Below are positions 1 to 13,800 of a stretch of DNA of 64,000 nucleotides, piece by piece (the stretch's first letter is position 1; every line of letters starts with the position of its first letter). The DNA is from Glycera tridactyla (Eukaryota): the NCBI GenBank assembly GCA_965644265.1, contig OZ286460.1, positions 52,886,001-52,950,000 on the forward strand. Direction: 5' to 3'. The position numbers were made by a program, and so were the translations under genes. The notes beneath the pieces were generated by a model. The model worked only from the letters and a program-made list of their open reading frames with translations, was not told the DNA's origin and searched no databases.

Positions 1-1249
1 TTGCATGTGAACACAGTTAGAATCGGTGGCACGGCATCTTAGACAAATCCAGAGGGGGTAAAACACCCTTGTGCACGCTCCTTCACGGCCTCCGTGTGTA
101 CCAACAATACCTGTGTTTTGTGACTGGCGTCAAAACTGTGTGGCTCACCCACTGAGTCGTTTGCCACTCGAGGGGCCTAACGAGATGACCTGGCCACCGC
201 TCGCAGCACGTGGCCCTAAACAGCTCCCATGCAATGCTCCCAGACCCAACTGCTTTGCTGATAAAAGTCACCAGCATGGGTGCTTTGACCAAGGCGTCTT
301 AGGCACAGCAATATTTGTCCGGCTCACCTTTCCTATTGTGCGGCTAAATTGCTTAACTTTTTCATTGCTGCCTCATACCAGACCTTTCTCCAATTACAAA
401 TACTGCAGTTGTAAATAACGAACGCTTGTCTTAACAAGTGTATACTCTCACAATGATTTCACACTGACACCACTTTTGCAGTTTTGTTTCAAATATGGCA
501 TTTTCAGTTTCATTTTGCTAATGAGAACAAGATGAGAATTTCAAAAGAAATTAGAGAAATCCAACCAAAGTAAAATGCTACTTATTTTGGCTTCACTTGG
601 CACATTACAGGACCTGTGGAGTATATGTCTACATTGATAAGCTATATTCATTTTATTCAAGAATACCCCTTATGAGATTATGGAGACTGACAGACTGACA
701 AACTTCTGTCTCCAGTAGAATGTTTGTTTATAAGAAACCTATCTTACTCAAGAGAATCTAAACTCAGTGATGAGGACAATCATAGCCATTACCGGTACCT
801 TTCCGAAACCTTTGCAACTGTATTTTGATAAAATGGAGGATATTTTTTGATGTCTGAATACAGCACCATTTGGAAATATGGCTGTGATCTTGACTCTGGG
901 GCGCTGTTCGGAGATTGAAGGGTGAGGTGGGGTGGAAGGCTGGCATGTTGGGCCTCCCGCTGGTGCCCTTATGAAGGCTTGCCCTCACCCCATGCTGGAG
1001 TGACTGACGGCAGAGAATATCTCTTTAATAACTGCATTCAATAGATTCCACAGCTCACCAAAGTTCTATTCTGATGATAGAAGTGATAGTCAGCTCTCCC
1101 CCATCTCACACCTATACCGTCATCATTAGCTAAAATCTACACCGGGAGCTGACAGTAGAACCCAGACCACTATACACCTTATCTGATCAAACAACATCCA
1201 TGACCATTCTACTTCCTACAGCACAGTTCACCCACCCACCACCAGCTTG

Positions 1250-1309
1250 CCTCAACCTGTTCTTTTCACTATCTGTCCTCAACTTGTTGTTTTCACTATC
1301 TTTCCTCAA
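1250..1309 (+). repeat. 27-bp tandem repeat, 2.2 copies
   Basis: cctcaacctgttcttttcactatctgt / cctcaacttgttgttttcactatcttt / cctcaa. Confidence 0.85.
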
Positions 1310-4300
1310 AACTTATAAATAAATTAGTGTAACACATACACCAGGAGAAAAAAACTACTAAAAAATCACTATATCATCAAACTCCCAAGTTCTACTCCAT
1401 TCTGACTGATGCCCTGATCCAGTTTGAGATGATATTCAGGTATCCTATCACCTCAATATTCACAAATTGCATCACTCACTATGCACATTTCAACTGTGGT
1501 ATAAAAGCAAAAATATATCCCTGTAACAAATAATCAGGGACCTTCAAAGTCTCAACCTCCAGCCCTAACATAAAGCCACTGAGAAATAATGTGTATCTTC
1601 CACAAGAGGTTGATTCGTTGGACATATCATCCAATATCATAAACCCAAATGTTGAGTAATTTGGCAGCTGGGATTTTTTCAAAGCTTTGAGATGATAGGG
1701 AGAATCACAGTGCTATGTATTGGATGTGTCTCAAGAATGCAACTGGTGTAAGATTATGTTCCTCTCAACCATTTATGCTAGATTCAACTAGAAAATTGGA
1801 CGTATGAGTGAGTCCAGGCATGTAACAGATGTATATCTAAATTGAGTCATCAAAATACATGTGCAGATTGTTATCTTTCACAAAAACAGAATATCGGTTT
1901 TTGAGGGGATCAGTCACATTTAGGACATTGAAAAAGCGCACATCTGAAGAATGAGAAAGGCTCTTAGCATCTTATTCAACAATTCACGATGGAAGACAAC
2001 TCTTCCTTCTCGAACAATCCGAACCATTTCCACCGAGAGATTCTGGTTGAAAAACTGACTCATGTCCCCTGAGCTGATGAACAGAGCTGCAAAATGCGAG
2101 CGATCTTTGGGGGCACAAGGCATACCCATTAGCATTTTGAAAACATTCATATCAGTTGATCTTCGGGGAGAGAAATATGATAATTAATGCACATATTATT
2201 TTAAAAAGCAGTGTGTGTGGCAGCGCTTGCTTTCGTATGCATGAGGCCCTGGCAGTCTGGATTAACCCTTTTCTATTCACATTCATCTTCTGTCTAATTT
2301 TCCAACCAGTTCATATTTGGATGAGGATAAAGCGCATCGAAATAACCTGCAGCAATATCATGCAAGCTGCCATCCTTACTCTATTTTCGGCATTTACAGA
2401 TGTGAGGAAAGTGATAATTGACCGATGATTCAAGTGGAAGAGGTTTTTTGTGGACATCTTCATACAGCAGAAGAGCGCCTGTGGAAATGTTTCATCTGTA
2501 CATGAGTACATTTTCTCACAATTTACACAAAATATTGCCATCTATATTCCCTGATTCCAACAGTAAGATGACTGGACTGATGAAATCATCTTCTATAATG
2601 ATTTTGGAACTCTTGAGATATTATAAAATTGATTCAGTTCAGAAAATGTCATCATGGCCCATTTCAATAATATGGCTGATCTCTGTTATCTTTGTGACTT
2701 TTCACTTTTCACAATTTGGATGACTGAAGTAGTGTGGTGAAATGCAGAGTTGGGGAGGAGTGGAGTATTTGTGAGACAAACCCAGGGAGTTAACTGGCAG
2801 CATGGAAATCAGCCAGCATAATCCACCAGCCCTGCCGAGCAACATTAAAAACACATTTTATGCTGGCAATAAAATGCAGCAAGATGGCTATTGGAAGAGG
2901 TGGAGCATATTTTGCAGTCAGTGATGTTAATTTCTAGCTGCTATTATGAAGTGGAATCTTTAACTCTTTAATAACTAGCTTGATTAATTGACCATTTGTT
3001 GACTACTCTCATTTGCGAGGCCAGAGAATGTTGTTTCCCCAAATTCGAAACTACTTTATAGACTTCTATCTTGCCACCCAATTCTTGCATCTATTCTGCA
3101 GTCTGGGGTGGAAATATTCATAACAATGAAGTCCACAAATGCTGCTTATCCACTATACATAAAGTAATTACCAGAAAATTTAGGCTCCATGGTTTTTGTT
3201 GACAGAGAACAATTCCCCAGATAAGAGAATAATGTCTCTAATGGCAAATATACATGTTTGTGAGCTGGCATGGTAAGCTGGTGGCCAAGTTTGTAATATC
3301 TACTGGGTGATTGTCTATTTCCGGTGAAATGCACCGAAGCCGAGTGGGCGACCAATCATCCTCGCAACCCAACAATCCTAACTCATTAGCAGCACCAGAA
3401 AATCTTCATTTTCTCGTAATTAAACCTGCCTGCATGTGACAGGCAGAAAAAGGCTCAGATGAGAATGAAGAGGCTAGCAGAGTTGGGGGATTGGTGGGGG
3501 GGGGGCTGAATGGGGGAGGGGGTTGGCCATCATGTCAACTCCAGTTGACTGTAAGTGACAGCATGGCTAGACTCGCTACCTCGGGCAACTTCACCTACTA
3601 GGATCCCCAATAACCCTACTACACTAGATTCCTAAATATTTCATCATATATTCTTCACAAGGATTCAAACCTAGAAAATGTAAATATTGACCCTTAATAA
3701 GAATTTTTGTCTACCCTACCTCACACCTTTCAGCTAATTTGAGGTTCTGCTGAGCATTCATCTACATTTAATCAGTTCGCTTGCATATTGCTCATGTGCT
3801 GAATGAACCTATCCTTTGAGATCAAAGATGAAAAATTCTCATCTCATCTAGATTAATTCTTTTTTACCCATATGTTCTCTTATATTGCCAAGTCAGGAAA
3901 TTTGTCAAGAAGCAGATGCCCAACAAAGAAGTATGCCACTGTTATGCAGTGCCACAAGTAGAGTACATCTCAATCATACCCATGCATATTTGGTGTATTT
4001 CGGTGTACTTCTTTGAACCCAACATGGAACTAACTATATCCTCTGGCCTAGGCATTTTGTGTCATCATCTTTGATCTACTTGTCACATGAGTTAGTGACC
4101 AATGAAATCAAGCAGCTTATATCAAGTGACCAACCACCAATCAGATTAACCAACAGATATCCGGATGGTCAAGTGACCAATCGGATTCATTTGTGAACAG
4201 ATGTTCCCAATAATCAGCAGAATTATGATGCAAATGTGCCAAGAGACAAAGAACTGATGCAAACAAAATAGAGACCTAGTAAAGATGAATCTGTTGAAAG

Positions 4301-6704
4301 CATGGGCAAATCTCAGAAAAAAAAGTCATAGGAAAATTTTGAAGCAGGCACAATCAATATCCTCCTCAATCTGTCCTCTAATTCATCTAAACCAGAACTG
4401 AAGACGAAATGGACTGACTTTTGCAGCGGTAGAAGGATTTGTTTTGAGTAAATGCCATGGGACTGCATAATTCCTCATCTTGTGAACTGAAACGGACTGA
4501 ATGGGGGGACTTTCAAACGGAATGTTTGCATAATGATCTCCATGACAATGGAGTTAATTTCTGATTAGACGATTTGTTATGATTAGCATCCATCTTGAAT
4601 CTCCCGTCTTGAATTTAAACACAATTAGAAAATTCATCACAGCGTCTGGATTGTTGAACGACTGGTTACGGCACGAAAATCATAATATTAATGTGGCGGC
4701 TGGCTGCTGTAACTATTATCCACAAGTTAATACTCATCGCTCAGCTTTCCAGTTGCCGCCACAATAACATTATTCATACGCCACAGCAACATAATTCATA
4801 TGCATCATTCTTCAATTCATTGCTCCACACATACTCTTGAGTAAAGGCAGTGACAGTACCTCTTTGTTTTGAAAATAAATTCTAAGCAAGTATATAAAAT
4901 TCAGAAAATAAAAGTCTGATCATTTGCAAAACAAACATGAAATCACCAATATAGGCATCTCTAAAGTCTTCATTATCCTTTGTGTATCTTTCCATCATGT
5001 GAATTTTTCAAACAAAATACAGTGATCACAGTACACTGATGATTCAACATTTGTATGACCAGATAAATGTGCATAAATTGGAGTTTTTTGCGCTCCGAAT
5101 GAGATTTTCAGTCATTGGATATCAAAAATTTAATAGGCAGGTGAAATCAGTGACGATAATTACACCATGCACATCGTTTGAATACTTCAATGCCCTCCGA
5201 GATGGTAGTTGGGTATTTGAAAGAGGCTATTAGTTCTTCTATTCCGATTAGTTCTCCATCTCCTCTGATCACATACTTGTAGGGAGGGCCAGTATCATAT
5301 AACCAACAGCAATCTCAAGTTGGCTATAACAACGCCTGTAGCTGCCTATGGGCTGTGGAGGAGGCAGAATTTTGGCCGGCAGGAGTGTAGCCAGTAATGG
5401 AGCCTTTGTGCTAACAGTTTGCTGAGAGAGATGGTGGAGATAGGATCAAGGCCTGGCTCTGTGTTTATTGGTTCATTCCAGCTCAAGACCCAGCGCACAG
5501 ATCCCAGCAGTCTGCCAGATAAGCGTCCCTCTTCACTATCCTCGGGATTCCTGAAACTGAAACCTTATTGAGGCCCACATTTGGGGTCAAAGGTTGGGTT
5601 AGATTTCCGCTGCTACTCAGCCTAACATCTTGAGGGAAGTATCTGGAGTGTGCCCTGCCCTTCCCCTGTTTCATGCCCAGAGATCATTTTATACCATCAT
5701 GCAATCACTAGACGATCAATGCCCTTGTGGCCCATTTGCAAATAAAAAGATACCCATGTGCAGAATTATGGGTTTCCTCTCAAGATCAAACCCACTGTTG
5801 TGACATCAGAGAATATCACAATACAAGATTAAATCATCTCCACACATCACTCTCTCAAACTCGGTCAAGAATGGGTTACATCAACATGTTCCCCATTAGA
5901 AAAATACACACCGGATTCAGTTTACTAAGTCTATTTTCTTTCATGTGTAGATTCTGATGGGCACCCTACTGTCTTGTATTCAGTAACACTGAGATGTTGT
6001 TCATAAACAAGATCAGGCAGGAAAAATTGTTTCAATTTGGCATCGGATATTTTCACTTGAGAATAACATCAATATTTGTAAAATATTATCTATCCCATTG
6101 AAAATTCATCATTAGCTGATGGAAATGAAATACTCTATTGGAGAAAATATTTGGTTCAACTGTATATTTCTTCTTTTTAAAACAAAAACCGCTCAACATA
6201 GTTAATCAAACTAAGTGGGTGGTTCCTCGATTGTTTTTGTTTTTTATATCAGCAAACTTCATCAAATCCATTTTCATAGCATGATGGAATTAGGAGTGGC
6301 CGTGACAGTTCACAAACATAAAATGTCCGCTGATTTTATAGTTTGGAGAAGTACTAATTTCCGACACTGATGGATGTAACCGGCATCATGTCATAAGTGT
6401 GGCGGGGACACCCAGTACCTGTGACACCATCAAGTGTCACAGGAAAACATCTCCCTCAAGCAACTTGTCACTGAGCTGGTTCTCTGTCATAAAGATGGTC
6501 ATTTACTGCATTGTTAATGGCAAAAATAACCATGGACATACTGTATACAACGACCAGGATGATGGATGACACGTGGAAACAATGACACTAACATTCTCAC
6601 CAAATCTACCATATAAAATTGATATCTATAGTCAATTCATGTCAAGATATCCCCTGCCCCATGGTTTTTCAAGCAGATGAGCTATACCTGTTATCAGTCA
6701 ATTA

Positions 6705-6839
6705 CAGTCACACCTGCTTAACAGACCACCTCTATACAAAGGCCATCCTGGGCTGCGAGATTATTTTTTATCGTATATAACCTCTCTACAAAGGCCAATT
6801 GATGCAACTAAGGGTGGTCTTTGTAGACAGGTTCGACTG
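6705..6839. mobile_element. Tc1/mariner(pogo)-type MITE, related to the 53189 copy
   Basis: TA flanks; TIRs CAGTCACACCTG / CAGGTTCGACTG (10/12 match); internal GACCACCTCT...GGTGGTCTTTGTAGACAGG; 135 bp. Confidence 0.8.
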
Positions 6840-7972
6840 TATACAGACAGATACATAATGATGGAGACACAGGGACACACAGAGAGAATAGTTCCCATAT
6901 TCACACATCAACTCACACGCTAACTATTGTTGACTCTCTGCTGCACACTTCACACACAAGGCTGAGGTGTGAACAAGTGAGTAAACATTTGCGTTCAAAT
7001 TACCCGGCAATATAAAAGTCCTGGCATGCAACAGGTATCATAAATAATCCTGTGGCCAGCACACACTCGACCTGGAAAATCTATGTTGCACACCTTTGCC
7101 AGTCAACAAATTGGTCAGTATTTTGTGCGGGACCATAAAGCCATCATGAGCTAGGATTAGCAGCCTCCCACCCTCCGGTGTGTTATTCACCACATCTGCA
7201 CAATGCTACATCCTCCGCTCACTTTACGATCCTAACCTACTGTAAACCCATCATATTAACTTCATAAAACTTGTCTGAGGTCCTATGAGATATATGGAGC
7301 CCCCTCTGACAGCACACCACTATCTCTAGCTGTGACAAATCATGGTGAATATCATAAATATACCTTCCATTCTCATACTTATATACTTTTCATCATTTTT
7401 CTATATTTGTTTGTGATGAAACACCACTCATTTGGAACACCCAGTACATGCCAACTGGATTCTAAAAGATCAGCCACATATGGGAGTGGCTTAGCTATGC
7501 GGCACATGATTGATCCACTTCCACCCTTTCCAAAGAGCAGGGGATTGTCTCTGACATGAGTTTCTCTTTATGAGCAGGTCGTTTTCCAATTTTAGAGTTA
7601 ATATATGACCTTTACTAATGTGCGTCCATGAGGACAAGTAGCCAGAACACCCAATCCCCCCATTGACCTATTTGTAGAATGTCTAACAGTTGTCTTACAA
7701 GTTTTTCTGTGGCCATGTTTACATTGATAAGGCCTATCTTATCGGCCAGCTCACTCTGTTGGCACACTAAATTAGCTCATACATCTATAGTGTATCTCAA
7801 GATATAAACCCGTGTACATTTCACGTACATTTCACATCCTTACAACTTATAATTTGTTCGCTGTGCCTGGATTCTGTCACTTGTTTCAACACCCCATCTG
7901 GCAATCTCTATCTAGCCTGTGTGTAATTTCTTCTTCGAGGATCCAATTTATCCATCATCTCGAAGTAAAACC

Positions 7973-8155
7973 NNNNNNNNNNNNNNNNNNNNNNNNNNNN
8001 NNNNNNNNNNNNNNNNNNNNNNNNNNNNNNNNNNNNNNNNNNNNNNNNNNNNNNNNNNNNNNNNNNNNNNNNNNNNNNNNNNNNNNNNNNNNNNNNNNNN
8101 NNNNNNNNNNNNNNNNNNNNNNNNNNNNNNNNNNNNNNNNNNNNNNNNNNNNNNN
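7973..8155. other. Assembly gap (N). Other gaps: 23820-23964, 24371-24506, 26617-26797, 32636-32782, 43950-44148, 50480-50614, 58210-58355, 58458-58639
   Basis: Runs of N, several next to simple repeats. ORFs spanning them (X-containing) are artefacts. Confidence 1.
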
Positions 8156-8214
8156 TTACAAATAGGGCACAATGAACTTATCTGATGAGAGGTAGAGATA
8201 TCAGTAGATGAAAC

Positions 8215-8245
8215 ACTCACCTAGGGAACAGGGAAAGAACAAACA
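8215..8245 (-). promoter_or_regulatory. Candidate recursive splice site (ratchet point): 3' splice site fused to a 5' splice site
   Basis: Minus strand reads gttatgtttgttctttccctgttccctag|gtgagt: a long pyrimidine tract, TAG at 8223-8221, then a consensus donor GTGAGT at 8220-8215, in the Meis sense orientation. Confidence 0.6.
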
Positions 8246-8693
8246 TAACATTAATAAATAATCGTGAAAGTGTGCATAATTGACAACACAGGGCAAAATT
8301 ACGAACTGTATACTGGCATGCATGGATACATATACTGAAGGGGTGAGTATTTTTAGCTGAGAGTCCAAGGAACACTGAAACTGAATGTCAAATTGGCCCA
8401 ATTCTCAGCCTTGGCATCCGGAAAATGTCACCCTGCTGAGCACTGTACACATGGTGATCGGCACATATATAATTCTCAACTCGGCCCTTCTTTGTCCAAA
8501 ATCATCACATGAGAGAAACCTTACTTCAAAACACAGTTTTAGAGATTATCCCATATTACAATACTACTAGGATCTCTCTGGTAAAACTCATTAAGAAAAC
8601 TGTTCCCATGAACAGATTTCAGTTTTAGCTAAATATATACGATGGTCAATTATAGAACTTTGGAAGAGATGGCAAAGTGAGCAAAAATTCATC

Positions 8694-8860
8694 TGCATAT
8701 GAGAGACTTCTGCATCAGTATTTTTGCATCAGACAGCATTTTCATTTTTTTCAAGGGACATTGCATCCTTCAGTTTTGCATATGAGACACTTGTGAATGA
8801 GCGTTTTCGCATCCGACAGCATTCTCATTTTTATGGAGGGACATTGCATCCTTCGGTTTT
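8694..8860 (+). repeat. Diverged ~83-bp tandem duplication
   Basis: tgcatatgag...gacagcatt.tcattttt..agggacattgcatccttc.gtttt occurs twice (starts 8694 and 8777). Confidence 0.8.
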
Positions 8861-10739
8861 GAAGCATAATAAGGCCATTTCAGTGCAACACAAGAGGATT
8901 TTTGTCCAGGGTCAGAAAGTCAAGACGAGTTGTTGGTCTGACCAGACTGCTGGCCGGCTTTAGCTGGCGTCACTCATGGGCCATCGACAGAACATTATCA
9001 TGTGAGTAGATCAGCTTGAGCCTATGGCCAGCATTAGGAGGCAAGTCGAAACAAAGCATTCACACCAGCGTGTGAACAGATTTAGAGGCAGTGTTCACAG
9101 CTGGCATATGAGCACCTCCTTATCCTTTCTTGCTGAGCACACACAAGGCATTGAATCGAGGTATGCTCAATTAGAGAAAGGTATAAAGCTCACAAATGTG
9201 TGAAATCATCTTGCAACTTAACCCAGGCCACCATGTAAACCTATACTGGGAGTGTGTGTGTTTGTGCACATGTGTTTGTGTATGTGTACATATGTGGGGA
9301 TGTAGGCATGTATAAATGTGCAAAATGCATATTCTCTCATCTTCACAGCAAAATACACGCATTGAGGAACTAAGCTGAAGAAACAGATCATGCAAATTGC
9401 CAGCGAGAACTGAGTTATTGCAAAATGATAAGATATGTCTGACTACCAGCAGCCAATATGGAAGTTTACACATAAAGCAGGTACAAGGCATGAGATACAT
9501 TCTGTTTCGGCGAATTTTGAGGGCAATATTTGTTATATACGTATACAAGTTCTGGTCGGATATATAATCTAAATATTTGTAGAGGAGGAAGCTCCCGAAA
9601 TGAGATTGGGTTGAGTATAACAGGCACGGCAATTGGGCGCATGCCGAGGAGGCCCATACATGGTCGGCCATGATCATAACACTACAATTTTGCTTGGATA
9701 ATTCCATCTATTCCCTGAGCATAGCCGACTACAATACCCTATCACTATAGCTGTGCCAATAAGATGCGGCCGCACACGAGATTGTTACAATTTCGCTTAT
9801 TACTTTCCACCCGAGCGCTTGCCTTGCAAACACATATTCCATTGACCCGGCGACCTCATCGTGCGCTCACTGCCACCCATAGTAACATTTTATTAATTTG
9901 CCAAGGAGGCAAAAACTTGCTATATCTTTCTATTGATCCAAGAAACATCAAAATGATTAATTTTGGCCGTGGCCATAATGCATAGAACATGCTCGGAATC
10001 TGCAAGTGGGATTGCGTAGCAATATAAGAGCATATCATAACTGTTTATTGCCTGCTGCTCTACTACCCGACAATATTGTGGATTTAGTTTCGTAAATACG
10101 TTCTGTTTCACATCCGGGGCCTCAGCTAGCCCGAATGATGCCTGACAAAAATAGACAGCCCATATGATTGTTCAGATACCCCCATCCTGTTTGGCTAATT
10201 CCAACGACTTTATGGGGATATTAGGATAATTTTGATTTCCTACAGCATGAATCATCCATATCATTTGGCTTGGACTTGCATCAGTTTGAGAAACTCGACA
10301 TCACTTCAACTTTCTGCGGCAAAGTTTGATGAGAATTTCATGTGATGTTTTCCAAATGCAGAAATGGTCAGATCGGTTATGGGAGTTATTTGCTATCACT
10401 GAACAACCGTACAAACTTTTGCATAATCCTCCCATTTGTCTTAGACATCCAGTGTCTGGTTGGATTTAGAGAAGATGCAGCCGAGATTGAGCAGAGCTAT
10501 CCTTTTTAGAGTTATAATTTCTTACAGATGGAATGCCACTGCAACCAGATATGATTTCCACTCATCCATTCCACATCACAAGCAATGTAAATTCAATTCT
10601 GAATCTCGTTCTTCTTGAGATAGGATGAATTCACCATATTCAAACCATCTGCAAACTTCCTACAACTAGCTGAAAGTCATCTAAACAATGATACGGTAAA
10701 GCTGGAAATCAACAGCAATAGTATCACAATAAACCAGGT

Positions 10740-10843
10740 ATATTTGCATCGGACAACACAATCAGTAAAATAGAACATGCATACAGGAAGAATATTTGCA
10801 TCGGACAACACAATCAGTAAAATAGAACATGCATACAGGAAGA
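10740..10843 (+). repeat. Exact 52-bp tandem duplication
   Basis: atatttgcatcggacaacacaatcagtaaaatagaacatgcatacaggaaga x2. Confidence 0.95.
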
Positions 10844-13800
10844 CCATCTTCTGAAGGTTCTTTATTCACTCTTGAGCTACATTCAATAGCAGACAGCCAG
10901 GCATGTAAATATATCCCAGATATAATCAGCCAGGTATGACAAGAAACCATCTGGTTTGTAAGACCACATATTGGTCAGTGGATTTGGCTTTATAACTGGT
11001 TTCACTATAGCCTGTCAAAAGCAGCAACCAAGTCTTCATTTATGCTCAATTGCCAATGCTATTTCGATGATGGTTAATAAGCAAGAAAGCAAATTAAGTA
11101 ACTAGAAAAATCAATAAAAAAAATTTGAAAAGTAAAAAGAAAAATCAAGGCCAGAGTGTCAGTTGTATCATAGACATGCTGGTTAGTTGAATTTCGGCTG
11201 GCTGGATGACACATCACTGAAGTCTGATTGACATTTGCAGGTATCACGGTCATCCTGGCAGTAGTGGATCATCTATGTGGGTTGAGTGTTCTACCAGTAT
11301 CTCCAGTGACACCTGGCTGATCAGGGACACCCTTCACCTATATACCACAGGTGGGAACAGCTACTGGGATGTAGGTACTCTCACGGGTTGGAGTACTATT
11401 GGGTACACCTTGATATCTAAAATGAAATTGGTCCCCAGACCCCTGTCAATATTACATAAGCAAAATATAACATTTATTCTGTGTGCTGTTGACTTCACAC
11501 CTTTGATTTCACATCATAGCCATGAGCGCTGGTAGGTTCTAGGTACAGGATCCTGGTGATAGACCCAGCATCAAGTCCTGGTAATTTTTGTTAAATACAG
11601 ATTGTGCACCTCCATAAGTCACTGGAGACACATATCCAGGAGTCAATATCTTATTTCAAACTCAAGCTGGAAATAGAGTAGCCCTGATTCATTTTCTATG
11701 GGGAGTAATTGCGCTCCAACTTGAATATTCTTTCCATTGCCATGGTCTCCATATCATTGGAACATGTGTTGAGCAAGCACCGAAAGTTCCACAGAATTTG
11801 GTCCCATGATCTTCACACAATCACTGCAGCCGAAGAATCAATAGCAGTTCAGCGACCAAGATGAGGTGTATAGTAGAAGTGCTCGCAGCGAGAGAAGTGT
11901 GAATTTGCAAGGCTGTGAGCCCTGATGATGAAGCATTGTGCTCGTAGGTAAAGGGGCCATGCTGGCGGCGGCAGCAGCTGCGTGATCAATGGGCATACAT
12001 ATGCATGTTGAACGTAAGCCTGACAATACACCCTGATTGGCAAGGTATCGAACCAACGTCAAATTGTTCATCCCTCAGATGCACATGAGCCACTATCCCA
12101 GCTCTATTGCCAACCAGCAGATGCTGCGTAGACTGTTCATTTCCAGAAATCTTCAGACCCCATTGAAATCCGAAGATGATTTTTCTCACGGCACACAGAC
12201 CATAGACACAGATCATACATAAGCTGCAGTCAGCATTACTCATGTTTTATGCCATCTTACTTTACCGATGAAGTAGCTATCAAATTTTCAAATTCTCATA
12301 TTCTTTCACAGTTTGGGCAGCTTCAGTGCCTCAGACATTTTCTTGTGAGCAGTGAGTGTTGAAATCAGTGAAACTCTTAAGATTATATATTATTGGGACT
12401 TACTATTTTTTTCAAGATGCAGGAATTGGCATTTTCAATTCATAATTCTGACTAATTAAAGTTTCAACTGAGGTGGTAGTGACAACCCTGAGTGCTTGTG
12501 ACAAAATTGAGTTCCGTACTGAGTCCACAACTCCAATATTTCTATAAAAAAAAAACCTCCAATATTTCTCTCCACCATGAAGCTTTGACCGAACTTTACA
12601 GTATTCAACTAGTTACTAGACATAGGGAGCTCCATAGACAACTGACCGGGTATTCACCCATCAACTCCTACTTGATACCGAATGGTTACAGTTGGGGAGT
12701 ACGAGCTCCATCAAGTTTTCAATTTTGCATCATCAACTGATTGCTAACCACCCAGAAAAAGTCACTCTCCTCTTTTGTTGGGTGACATGCAGCGTGGTGC
12801 CAAACAAGAGGATGCTACATGCATAGTGTATGAGCCGGCGCTTCCATGAAGTGACTGACAATACTTGTTGATTGTTGGAGAGCAGTTATATGACAATTAT
12901 TGTAAATAGGAGCATATGATGATGATGAAGAGGGGCCTCGTTGTGCCCGCCATGTTCCACTTTCATTAGGTTCATTGCACGACACATATAAACCACCTTC
13001 TGAACTGTTACAAGGGGACAGATGGGCAGAATATGCTGGCCGTAGTATGTTGTGACAATATACTCAATATATATCTGGTGTTAAATCAATGTGGTAACAA
13101 GTCATGAATAGAGGCTAGATTTGGTGGATTATATGCATAGATTTGATGAATGACCCATGACCAAGTGCTATAAACTATCAATTCTGTCAAATTCAACCAA
13201 ACAAAATATCATTTGAAACCGCAAAATATACAAAGAATCATGAAAATCGAAGCACAGATACCCTGGACAAATCACGAACTCCTGACTTACTATTCATAAT
13301 TGTGCTCCATGATATGTTTAACATAAAACTGGTGAAGAACGCCTTCGACTGCATTCCCAAATGAGAATAGCCCACCTACACGACTCCACTCCCTGTTTTC
13401 AGCAACTTCTAAAAACATCCTTTATTTGGCACTACAGGTGCTCACTGGGGTATCCCCATCTTCGGGATAATATGCCCAGGGGGGTTGACATTACTCGTCT
13501 GGGTCCCTTTCAAGCCGGGCCTCCACCTCTAACTAATACCCCGCAGACCCACTTCCAACCAAACGGGGTCATTAACGTGAAATCTAAGCTGCGTTATCTT
13601 GTGTAAGAATCTACCCAAAATTCCTGCAGTGTGATCTGGAAGAGTCGGTACTGGGTTCAGCTGTTGGAGGGCACTCACATTCTAGCACAGATGCAACCCC
13701 TGTCTCATCCTCTATCTTCTACATCCTTCTACACACCAAGTTAGCAAAGCAGCCATCATTCATCAATAAACTGAAATTCACCAGCTTGCCGGTTTCTATG

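Noticed and set aside
6418-6443. 10-bp perfect hairpin cctgtgacac/gtgtcacagg
   Set aside because: About one such stem is expected by chance in this length.
8181-8215. CTGATGAG...GAAAC, hammerhead-ribozyme-like core
   Set aside because: Stem II and stems I/III do not pair; the same holds for CTGATGA at 17402 and 46665.
12790-13010. Minus-strand acceptor ctgtccccttgtaacag followed by open frames (QKVVYMCRAMNLMKVEHG.. / SEGGLYVSCNEP..)
   Set aside because: No recognisable homology and no donor. A terminal-exon role cannot be excluded but is unsupported.
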